From a virus (lineage: Duplodnaviria; Caudoviricetes), in the IMG/VR virus record IMGVR_UViG_3300042309_002674, positions 1-57,279 of that record: a DNA stretch of 57,279 bases; one strand, given 5' to 3'. Each line of letters starts with the position of its first letter. The stretch's first letter is position 1. Under the pieces are notes generated by a model. That model was not told where the DNA came from and ran no database searches. It saw only the letters and a program-made list of their open reading frames with translations. Below, in pieces: positions 9,011 through 17,598 of this stretch. A program made the position numbers and the translations under genes.

Positions 9011-11047
9011 TCAAGATCTGTTAATTGAAAAATTCAAATATAAATTAATAATCTGGTCTTCATATTTTATTTGCGTATTATCAAATTTATAGTACCAAGC
9101 TGAATAATTTCTTTGCAATCTGCAGTCAATAAAAGCACCAGTGTTTTCATATATTGTTGGTTTTACGTGCTGCCAATTGCCAAAAGTTCTACCCTGAACA
9201 TCTGTATATGATCTGCTTTCAGTTATAAGCCCATCTGACTGTTTGCAAATTAAAAATCCATTTATTCCAGTATCTCTGTTTGGATATTGGCCTGCAAAAA
9301 TCATTTGTATATCTATGTTATTTGGCCAAATACCTGTTGGATTATTTTGTGCGGTATAATTGTGAACCAATAAATTATTCTTAGAATAAAGCGGCCATGA
9401 TGTGAATGATGTCAAGCCCGCGCTTGAAAACCATTTTGGTTCATAATAATTTCTTGGACCAGGCGGAAAGCCGCCGCTACATGTGCCTATTAGCGGATCC
9501 AAGTCAGATTCTGCTCTTATTTCGTCATCTAGCCATGTTGTTAAAATTGGTATCCCTGAATTAATTGGTGGAAATCCAGTATTGAATCCTATGCCACCAA
9601 TAACTATGCCGCTTGCTAACATTAATGCTGATAAATGCGAGTTTGGGTATGGCGTATCATCTCTTTGCCAAGACGGCAAATCCCTCCAGTTAGTTTTATG
9701 TATAGGCCACCAAGCACCATTCCCTTGCGTAACTTTACCATCACCATCTAATGATCCGAAAATTTCTTTCATCTGGCCAATAAGTTTTAATTGCCCGCTA
9801 CCGTTAAATTCTCCATATACAATATTATTTCCAGTTATTGGAATTGGATCAACGATGGCTGGAATTCTCATGTACGTATCGTATCTTAACTTTAAGAATT
9901 CTCCTGTTGTAAGAGTTATTGGATATACAATATTTCTATAACCAACAGTTCCAGTTATATAACCATCTAATTTTAATATATTTCTAGAGCCTATAATTCC
10001 GGTCATGCTGCCTGTTAGCGTACCATTTGTTGGGCGAAATCCACTTCCATATGTTTGATAGCCGATGTTAAATCCAGTATGCACATATCCGCTTTGTAAA
10101 TTGAAATATTTTCCAGTAAAATTATCAAAGCCAGAGAAGTTACCACCAGATGGATAGTAAATAGTTTGAACAATTTCATCCTGCAAATAAATTCCGCTAA
10201 GGCCACTTGATTCGCTTGGATAATTTGAAAGCGTAAATGGATAAAAAAATCCACCACTTAAATATCCGCTTATAAACCCAGTTACTAGTTCGGTTATATT
10301 TGTTGGTGAATATACAAATCCTGTTGTATTTCCACTTTCGTTGATCAAAAACATTCCTGAGCTTTCAGGCCAAACATATCTCCACCCAAGATTAAATGAT
10401 GGTATTCCGCTAAAACCACTGTAAATTGAACTTGTATGTTTGGGGATATCATATCTAGAAGATTGAACAAACACTCCGCTCAAATCCATTCCTGTAATAT
10501 TTTCGCCACTATTGGCATAAATGTATCCAGAAACTCCAGTTTCTGCAGTAAATACAAATCGTGACCATAATTGATTTATTTTTCCTGTTGGAAGCGCATT
10601 GGCGATATCGGGTCTAAAGCCAGCCTCTGCATATGTAACTATTCCAGTTTCAATTCCAAAATCGTATTTTCTACTAAAAAGAGCCATGCCTGATTCTGGA
10701 TAATAAATTCCAGTGCATTGATTAAAAAATGGCCTTATATAATTTGTAGATTTTATTGGAATAAATAATCCGGTTTGATTATATGCAGGTTCATTTTGGC
10801 CAGCCCCAACATGCATTGTGCCTCTCGTTATTGCGGAAAATGAAAGGCCATCAGAGTGTTGTCTAATTGCGCCGCCTGATGGTGAAAGCAAATAAGTTAG
10901 CCCATTTAGCCACTGATCTAAAATCATATTGTTTTTTAAGTCTTCACCTAATGGAAAATGGGAGTAAACTCCATTTTCTCCAGACTTGCATATTTCAATA
11001 TTCCATTTTGCATTAAAATATGCATTTATATTTCCGTTATTATTCAT
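9011..11047 (-). CDS. Putative virion structural protein, paralog family A, with ~208-aa [ST]G-rich insertion
   Basis: 678 aa. Family A motifs KWNIEI, KNNMILDQWLN, RKYDF, SRFVF [insert] PITL..GEFLKLRY, WYYKF. Confidence 0.6.
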   Translation of the reverse strand: MNNNGNINAYFNAKWNIEICKSGENGVYSHFPLGEDLKNNMILDQWLNGLTYLLSPSGGAIRQHSDGLSFSAITRGTMHVGAGQNEPAYNQTGLFIPIKSTNYIRPFFNQCTGIYYPESGMALFSRKYDFGIETGIVTYAEAGFRPDIANALPTGKINQLWSRFVFTAETGVSGYIYANSGENITGMDLSGVFVQSSRYDIPKHTSSIYSGFSGIPSFNLGWRYVWPESSGMFLINESGNTTGFVYSPTNITELVTGFISGYLSGGFFYPFTLSNYPSESSGLSGIYLQDEIVQTIYYPSGGNFSGFDNFTGKYFNLQSGYVHTGFNIGYQTYGSGFRPTNGTLTGSMTGIIGSRNILKLDGYITGTVGYRNIVYPITLTTGEFLKLRYDTYMRIPAIVDPIPITGNNIVYGEFNGSGQLKLIGQMKEIFGSLDGDGKVTQGNGAWWPIHKTNWRDLPSWQRDDTPYPNSHLSALMLASGIVIGGIGFNTGFPPINSGIPILTTWLDDEIRAESDLDPLIGTCSGGFPPGPRNYYEPKWFSSAGLTSFTSWPLYSKNNLLVHNYTAQNNPTGIWPNNIDIQMIFAGQYPNRDTGINGFLICKQSDGLITESRSYTDVQGRTFGNWQHVKPTIYENTGAFIDCRLQRNYSAWYYKFDNTQIKYEDQIINLYLNFSINRS

Positions 11048-12162
11048 TAAATTCTAGTTATAGATTGCCTTAACATTATTACAATCTTTTTAGAAGATTG
11101 TTTTATTTGATTATTATTAAATTTCCAAAGCCAGCCATCTACAGTGTTTTGTCTTGGGCTACTATCTGCACCTCTAAGAACTGTAAATAATATGCCTTCA
11201 GATGGTTCATTATAAATTGGATTTTCATAATCAAATATATATTCTATATCTCTAAAGTGACTGCCATCAGAATATGCCGATGGGTTAATGCTGTTATTTT
11301 TTTCCTCTAGCCTTTGCCCTATCCATTCAGATATGATTGGCGAATTTATAGAATTAAAATTTAATATTCCTGGTGAAAATAAATAGGCTGTACCAAAAAT
11401 TTCTGTTTGGCAAGACTGATGTTCCGCGCAAAAGCTCTCATAAAATGGAATGAATGAGGACCTTGGTGAGTCACCATATACTATTACTGGATTGCCATTA
11501 TTGTCAAAGTTTCCAAAAATATCATCAAATCTACCACATAGTTTTAATTCTCCATTAGCATTAAATGTACCAGATGATAAGTTTATATTTGATGAATTGA
11601 CTATCATATCTGAGCCTATTGTAAAGTCATAAAATAATCTAATCCATTGGCCAACTGCAATTTTTATTGTTTTAGGCAATAAGAATTTAGAAAAAAGTGT
11701 TTTTGGGCTTTTCCAGTCAGAAAAAATACCAATTTCTTTAACTTCAATATTCGTGTCTCCGTTTTGGATTACTGGAAAATCATATACTTTTCTGAATGTT
11801 CTTGTTCCATTCACAAAATCGTCTGTTGCGCTGCAAGAATCATCATTGACTATTCTGGTTTCAGATGTTTCATTGTAAAGAGATGTATCTGAATTTTGTG
11901 GTGCTAAATTGCCATCTCCATAAACTGCGCCACCTATTAAAAATGATGGTATAGTATTCCAGTTAAAAACTGAATATTGTTTGTAGTATTTTCCTGCAAT
12001 TAAAAGATCTAATCCCTGATCTAAAATCAGATTATTTTTCATCTCTTTTCCGAATGGAAAAATTTCATGCTCTTTACTGGCAATAGATATGTTCCATTTT
12101 CCGCCAATTTTTGTTTGCGGATTATTAAATATTTCTTTATAGTTAGAAACTAATATATTCAT
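11047..12162 (-). CDS. Putative virion structural protein, paralog family A
   Basis: Likely start is the ATG at 12162 (MNILVSNY), 1 nt after the upstream stop. Motifs KWNISI, KNNLILDQGLD, RKVYDF, EIGIF, SKFLLP, WLWKF. Confidence 0.6.
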   Translation of the reverse strand: MNILVSNYKEIFNNPQTKIGGKWNISIASKEHEIFPFGKEMKNNLILDQGLDLLIAGKYYKQYSVFNWNTIPSFLIGGAVYGDGNLAPQNSDTSLYNETSETRIVNDDSCSATDDFVNGTRTFRKVYDFPVIQNGDTNIEVKEIGIFSDWKSPKTLFSKFLLPKTIKIAVGQWIRLFYDFTIGSDMIVNSSNINLSSGTFNANGELKLCGRFDDIFGNFDNNGNPVIVYGDSPRSSFIPFYESFCAEHQSCQTEIFGTAYLFSPGILNFNSINSPIISEWIGQRLEEKNNSINPSAYSDGSHFRDIEYIFDYENPIYNEPSEGILFTVLRGADSSPRQNTVDGWLWKFNNNQIKQSSKKIVIMLRQSITRI

Positions 12163-12163
12163 T

Positions 12164-13363
12164 TTATATTTCTGTAAATGATTGTATAGACACTGAAATG
12201 TTAGCGCTATCTTCCGCAAAAATTCTAATAGGTCCGATAACTTCTATTTTAGATATTTTTAAATTAGCAGATAAGCTATTTATTTTTTCATTTTCTTTTG
12301 GTTGTGGCGATTTGCTTAAATATTCCCTGTATGGTTTTGTAGTTAATGTTGTTAATTTATTAAATTTAACGTTACAGCTTAATTCATCTGAAAAAATTTC
12401 TTCGAATGTTTTTAATTTGACTGGATAAACCTCTCTTCCCAGTATTCTTTGAAATTCTTGAACTATATTGTAAAAAATTTTATTTTCGTTATCATTAATT
12501 GAATATCCAACACTTGCAAATCTTAAATTTACTCTAGCTTTTCCAGAAGATTGACTGAATGGATCGTTGGTAAAAAGCAAAAATGGAAATTGAGAAATAT
12601 TTGGTATTGCCGCAGTTACGCCATTCAAAGTTCTTGTACTTACTTGATTTATTGGAAGTGATGGCGTATCTGTTGTTAAACCTAATCTTCCAAACAGTTC
12701 TCCGTTTACATAACATCTTATTCCGTTGACTCCTACGATAAATCCGTGGGTTTCAACATGAGAAAATCCAGATGAGTCATCGCCAGCAAATCTAACATTT
12801 GCAGACTTTGATGGCCCACAAGAATAGGTAAAAATAGGAGCCCTATTCCATATGCCATTTATAATAATAGGCTCTAATGATTTTAATGTAATTGTATGCA
12901 TCCATGCATTTTCATAATCATTAGATTTAAAAGAAGATGGTGTTCGGGTCCCAATTGCTGGCGCAGAGCTATTAATGTTTTGCCAATAATCAGAGCAATA
13001 AATAGAGATATGAATATCGTTGTCAGAAAAAAAACTCGGAGCAATAACTGTATTTCCATAGCCAATACCAGTATTTGTTACGCCATTTTTATCATGTTTT
13101 AGATTAGCGCTATTATGCCAAACAATATAATGCCTTTCTGTGTTTTTTAAATTAAGAGAATGTACTGTTGGAACTTTGCCAACGAATGGATATATTGCCT
13201 TAAATTTATCCCATAAATTATTTTTAACAAGTTGCCTAGTTAAGAAATCAATAGCATTTATTTCATTTGGCTCTAATAAAACATTTAATTTTTTACATTT
13301 ATCTATAAAATTAAACGCAAGCGGATGAACAATATCTTTTGATTGTTGAAAGTTTGTTGGCAT
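12164..13363 (-). CDS. Putative virion structural protein, paralog family B
   Basis: 399 aa. NNLWDKFKAIYPFVG...SLNLK, GYGNT, HISIY, LRFASVGYSI...IVQEFQRILGR. Confidence 0.6.
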   Translation of the reverse strand: MPTNFQQSKDIVHPLAFNFIDKCKKLNVLLEPNEINAIDFLTRQLVKNNLWDKFKAIYPFVGKVPTVHSLNLKNTERHYIVWHNSANLKHDKNGVTNTGIGYGNTVIAPSFFSDNDIHISIYCSDYWQNINSSAPAIGTRTPSSFKSNDYENAWMHTITLKSLEPIIINGIWNRAPIFTYSCGPSKSANVRFAGDDSSGFSHVETHGFIVGVNGIRCYVNGELFGRLGLTTDTPSLPINQVSTRTLNGVTAAIPNISQFPFLLFTNDPFSQSSGKARVNLRFASVGYSINDNENKIFYNIVQEFQRILGREVYPVKLKTFEEIFSDELSCNVKFNKLTTLTTKPYREYLSKSPQPKENEKINSLSANLKISKIEVIGPIRIFAEDSANISVSIQSFTEI

Positions 13364-13483
13364 TAGTAAATATTACAACTGTTAGCTTTAATACACATAT
13401 TATATATTAAAATATTAATAAATATAAATTATATGAAAAAACTAGATATTTTAAGTAAAAACTGTAATTAGTATTACGCTTAT
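13364..13483. promoter_or_regulatory. Divergent AT-rich promoter region with outward-facing TGTAAT motifs (13372-13377 minus; 13463-13468 plus)
   Basis: 120-nt non-coding gap between divergent operons, with one TGTAAT on each strand 8 and 15 nt before the respective ATG. Confidence 0.6.
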
Positions 13484-14335
13484 ATGTCACACCCCAAAAG
13501 AAGTAAAAAGGTACATATTGAGGATAAAAGTCCAAAAATATATCAAAGGGATAAGATAGATTTTGAATTAAAAGTCAGGGAATTAGATTGGACTGATAAG
13601 CAAAAAGAATTTTTTAGCTTGGTCAATGATAAGGATACTAGAATTGTTTTTGTGAGCGGTCCCGCTGGCTCTTCTAAAACTCTAGTTGCTGTTCGGGCGG
13701 CGTTGCAAATGCTAAATGATAAAAAAGCATCAGATATTATATGTGTTAGGGCTGCTGTAGAAAGTGCAGATTCAAAGCTTGGATATTTACCTGGCGATCT
13801 GCAATCTAAATATGATGTCTATATGATGCCATTTGCTGACAAACTAGAAGAGCTTTTGCCGATTGATCATGTCAAAAGATTAAAAACAGATAATAGAATT
13901 ACCAATCAGCCTATTAACTTTTGTCGTGGGCTGAGTTTTGTAGCAAGAGTAGTACTTATGGACGAAATGCAAAATGCCACACTATCAGAGTTTGCTACTT
14001 TACTTACAAGAATTGGAAAATTTACAAAAATGATTATATGCGCAGATTCATCGCAGTCAGATCTTCCATTTAATAAGCAGGGCGCTTTTGATAAAATTGT
14101 TGAATTATTCTCATGCGAAGAATCAAAAAAGATGGGCATTCATCATTTTCAATTTACAGAGGATGATATTTTAAGATCTGAGCTTTGCAAATTTGTGGTT
14201 AAAAAAATAACAGAACGCAAAAAAGAAGATGCGATTAAATTAGCTGAAAAAGAAAAAGAAAAGAAAAATAAGCCTCATAGCACAAATATTTCTCAAGTTT
14301 ATCAAGATAGCTGGTGCCCAAGTCAAAAATTATAA
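13484..14335 (+). CDS. phoH: PhoH-family ATPase
   Basis: Walker A-like GPAGSSKT, LGYLPGDLQSK, RG(L)SF, DEMQN, LTRIG, QSDL and DILRS motifs typical of PhoH. Confidence 0.92.
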   Translation: MSHPKRSKKVHIEDKSPKIYQRDKIDFELKVRELDWTDKQKEFFSLVNDKDTRIVFVSGPAGSSKTLVAVRAALQMLNDKKASDIICVRAAVESADSKLGYLPGDLQSKYDVYMMPFADKLEELLPIDHVKRLKTDNRITNQPINFCRGLSFVARVVLMDEMQNATLSEFATLLTRIGKFTKMIICADSSQSDLPFNKQGAFDKIVELFSCEESKKMGIHHFQFTEDDILRSELCKFVVKKITERKKEDAIKLAEKEKEKKNKPHSTNISQVYQDSWCPSQKL

Positions 14336-14402
14336 AATAAATTAAAATTAGATTTTTACTCTTATTTTGAGTAGAATATTACATAATAAATTTATTTTAA
14401 TT

Positions 14403-14876
14403 ATGTTAAGTTATTTCTGTTCAAAATGTGGCGGTAAAAATCTTTACCAATTTCAAAAACCAAAATTCTGTTCTCATTGTGGTGCTGGTTTCTCTTTAGC
14501 ATCAATAAATGATGTTAACAGTATTAAATCAAACCAGTTTGAAGTTAATATAAGTAACATTAAAAATAAAAATCAAAACACTAACATCATAGATGATGAC
14601 GAAAGTTTTGAAACGCCAATTCGGGACTATAGTTCGATGCGCGGTTTAGATGTTGATATTCAAAAATATAATCAAGATAATGGCATAAGGCTTGGTGAGC
14701 TTGTCTCTGATGAGCCCATAAAACAAATAGCTGGGAATAAAAAAATAGCAAAACAAAAACGTGGCAGAAAAAAAATAGCCAAATCGTTGCCGGAAAGTTT
14801 TGTTTCAGAGGCTAAAATGTCTGGCAGAAATAGCCATAACTACGAAGAGCCTAATATTGCAGATATTGAAGAATAA
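14403..14876 (+). CDS. Zinc-ribbon domain protein
   Basis: Start ATG at 14403. N-terminal CSKCG...KPKFCSHCG double CxxC motif. Confidence 0.7.
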   Translation: MLSYFCSKCGGKNLYQFQKPKFCSHCGAGFSLASINDVNSIKSNQFEVNISNIKNKNQNTNIIDDDESFETPIRDYSSMRGLDVDIQKYNQDNGIRLGELVSDEPIKQIAGNKKIAKQKRGRKKIAKSLPESFVSEAKMSGRNSHNYEEPNIADIEE

Positions 14877-14877
14877 T

Positions 14878-15561
14878 ATGGAGCGTCCATCTTTCGAGTC
14901 CTCTTTGGATTTAATAAATCAAGAGATCGCTAAAAGGCGCTCTCAATGGAAATTAACATCCATTGCATGGATGGATTTTAATGACGTAGAGCAAAAGCTT
15001 AGATTGCATATTTTTAAAAAATGGGAAAAATGGAATCCTGAAATGCCTCTGCTTCCATGGCTTAATACGGTTATTACAAATCAAATCATTAATCTTGTTA
15101 GAAATAATTATTCTAATTACGCAAGACCATGTTTGAATTGTCCACATAATGCTGGTGGTAATAATTGCAAGTTATATGGCACACAAAATAATAAATGCGC
15201 AGATTATGCCAAATGGGAAAAAACAAAAAAGCATGCTTACGATGTTAAACTTCCCGTTAGCGTAAATGATGAAAGAATTTTCGGGGAAGGTAATGAATTT
15301 GATGCTAGAGCATCTGACGCTAGCGGATTTGATTTTGAATCGTTTGTCCCAAAAATACATGAAGCGATGTTAAAATCTTTGACGCCAATACAGCAAAAAG
15401 TTTATACATATTTATTTATAGATGGATATCCAGAAACAGAAGTTATCACCATGCTTGGTTACAAAAATGGGTCTACTAAAACTGGATACAAATTTGTAAA
15501 GAAAATAAGAGCACAAATCGTTGTAAAGGCTAAAAAAATTGTTAAAGAAATGATAGCATAA
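14878..15561 (+). CDS. RNA polymerase sigma-70-like factor (candidate phage late sigma)
   Basis: Start ATG at 14878. Region-2-like DVEQKLRLHIFKKWEKW...WLNTVITNQIINLVR and region-4-like LTPIQQKVYTYLFIDGYPETEVITMLG helix-turn-helix, with a four-Cys insert between them. Confidence 0.75.
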   Translation: MERPSFESSLDLINQEIAKRRSQWKLTSIAWMDFNDVEQKLRLHIFKKWEKWNPEMPLLPWLNTVITNQIINLVRNNYSNYARPCLNCPHNAGGNNCKLYGTQNNKCADYAKWEKTKKHAYDVKLPVSVNDERIFGEGNEFDARASDASGFDFESFVPKIHEAMLKSLTPIQQKVYTYLFIDGYPETEVITMLGYKNGSTKTGYKFVKKIRAQIVVKAKKIVKEMIA

Positions 15562-15562
15562 T

Positions 15563-16675
15563 ATGGCTGAGCATGGACAATTTGAACTTTCTGAAATTCA
15601 AAAAGAAAAAATAGAAGAGTTGTTTTCTGGAAATAACGAGCCAGAGCTTTCTTTTATTGCCAAAACTGTTTTTGAAAATGAATCGCTTGACGGCAAAACA
15701 AAAGAAGCCAGAGCAATAAAAGCATTTTGTAATGATAGAGGTCTAAAATTTAAAACAAGAACGATTGTGCTGAAAGGGCTTATTGAATTAAAAGATGATC
15801 AAATAACTTACATTAATAATAATTTTAGAGTTAAATCCGCTCTTGAAATTGCAAAAGAGCTTTTCAACAATGATGAATTAACAAATTTAAGCCAAGAATA
15901 TAGAACTGTTAATACAAAAATTGAAGAAATAAAAGAGGTTATTAAAAAAGAAAATATTCCACAGCAAAAAAATGAACTGGAAATTATTTCTATAAACTAT
16001 AACCCTGAAGAGTTGATAGATTCAGAATATAAACCGCCAAAAACTTTAAAGCAAACGATTGAGCGCGTTAATCATTACTTAAATTATGGATACAATGAAG
16101 AAACTTTAAAAAAGCAACAGCTTTTTGAAATGCAGCAGCTTAAAAAGTACTTAAATATATTCAGATTTATATACCAAATTAATACCTATAAAATACAAGG
16201 GGATAGAGATTTATTTGAAGATGCGTTTATTAGATATACGCACGATAAGCCAGATTTAACACAAGAAGATTTGGATCAGTTTATTACGCTTTGCAATCAA
16301 ATTGTACGAGCAGCGGAAATTCAAAGAAGAATTGAGTCGCTTAGAGCCACAATGGCTGCTGGTGAAATTTCAATGAAAATGAATGAGGCAATTAATGTGC
16401 TTCAAACAGAGCTTAATTCATGTGAAAATATAAAAACAAAATTGTATAACGATTTAACAACAAAACGAAATAAGCGTCTGGAAGAAAAAACAGATGGATT
16501 CGAAAAGCTTATTAACCTAGTTCAGGCATGGAAAGATGAAGAGTTTAGAAAGAAAACAATACACCTTGCAGAGCTTGAAAAAATGAAAGTTAAAGAAGAA
16601 GCTGGCCGTATTAATTCAATGAGCGAAATTAAGGCGCTTCTTCGTGGGGCAACATTAGAAGAATTAGTTGGATAA
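15563..16675 (+). CDS. Hypothetical protein, possible terminase small subunit/DNA-binding coiled-coil protein
   Basis: 370 aa. Two tandem helical repeats at the N-terminus and a coiled-coil C-terminus. It lies two genes upstream of the large terminase. Confidence 0.4.
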   Translation: MAEHGQFELSEIQKEKIEELFSGNNEPELSFIAKTVFENESLDGKTKEARAIKAFCNDRGLKFKTRTIVLKGLIELKDDQITYINNNFRVKSALEIAKELFNNDELTNLSQEYRTVNTKIEEIKEVIKKENIPQQKNELEIISINYNPEELIDSEYKPPKTLKQTIERVNHYLNYGYNEETLKKQQLFEMQQLKKYLNIFRFIYQINTYKIQGDRDLFEDAFIRYTHDKPDLTQEDLDQFITLCNQIVRAAEIQRRIESLRATMAAGEISMKMNEAINVLQTELNSCENIKTKLYNDLTTKRNKRLEEKTDGFEKLINLVQAWKDEEFRKKTIHLAELEKMKVKEEAGRINSMSEIKALLRGATLEELVG

Positions 16676-16676
16676 T

Positions 16677-17597
16677 ATGGATATTAAATGTACTTTTTGC
16701 ACTAAACAGTTTAGCGGCGTAATTGAGCTTTCTAAGCATCTAAAAGAGCATAAAATTTCTCAAAAAAAATATTTTGAACAATTTTATCCAAGACATGACT
16801 TATTGAATAAAAATAAGATACATTTTAAATCTGTAGAGCAATATTTTCTTTCTGATTTCGAAGATAAGATTTCTATGAAGTCTTGGCTTAATAAAGCTGG
16901 GCATGAAAAAGCACTGGATTACGTGTCTGGGAAAATAAAAAAATATTGTGAGATTAAAAATTTAAAAAATGCGCCTCCAGAATTTTTTATACAAACAGTT
17001 AGTTGTTTACCATCCATTAGATTTATTGAAAAATTATGCGGAGCAAACTACAATGAGATTGCAAATAAAAGCGGAAAAATTTCTCAATATGATTATTTGG
17101 ATTTAGAAAGCAGGGCAACAAATTGCAAGCCAGCAAAGCAAATAGTTATTGATACTAGAGAGAAGCGCCCTCTAAAGTTTGCTAAAGATTTAAGGAAAAT
17201 TAATGTTGCTCTTGATTATGGTGATTATGCACTTTCACCAGCTTCAAGAATTGTCATTGAAAGAAAAAGTTTTAGTGATTTTTTTGGAACTTTTGGTGCT
17301 AATTTAGAAAGGTTCGAAAAGGAGCTATTAAGGGCGCAAAACAATAATGGTTATATAATCATAATGGTTGAAGCTTCTTACAGTTCGTTAGCATATAATA
17401 AAAAACGATGGTTTGCGACCAGCCCAGAATATATATTTCATAGAGTTAGAGATTTGTATAAAAAATATGAATGTTTTCAAATTGTATTTTGTGATGGCCG
17501 AAAGCAAATGACAGATTTGGTATTAAAAATATTGGGGCTTGGCGAAGAGGTTAAAAAAATAGATTTGCAATACTGCATTGAAAAAGAAATAATATAA
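16677..17597 (+). CDS. C2H2 zinc-finger plus ERCC4 (XPF/Mus81-like) nuclease domain protein
   Basis: CTFC...HLKEH finger. IVIDTRE, GDY and IVIERKSFSDF are the ERCC4 signature (ERKxxxD). Likely ATG at 16677. Confidence 0.85.
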   Translation: MDIKCTFCTKQFSGVIELSKHLKEHKISQKKYFEQFYPRHDLLNKNKIHFKSVEQYFLSDFEDKISMKSWLNKAGHEKALDYVSGKIKKYCEIKNLKNAPPEFFIQTVSCLPSIRFIEKLCGANYNEIANKSGKISQYDYLDLESRATNCKPAKQIVIDTREKRPLKFAKDLRKINVALDYGDYALSPASRIVIERKSFSDFFGTFGANLERFEKELLRAQNNNGYIIIMVEASYSSLAYNKKRWFATSPEYIFHRVRDLYKKYECFQIVFCDGRKQMTDLVLKILGLGEEVKKIDLQYCIEKEII

Positions 17598-17598
17598 T

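Noticed and set aside
5825-10549. [ST]G-rich insertions as inteins or introns
   Set aside because: No C/S...HN intein termini or LAGLIDADG motifs; the frames are uninterrupted and low-complexity.
13655-13681. PhoH Walker A variant GPAGSSKT as a sign of pseudogenisation
   Set aside because: All other PhoH motifs and the reading frame are intact, and the catalytic Lys-Thr is retained.
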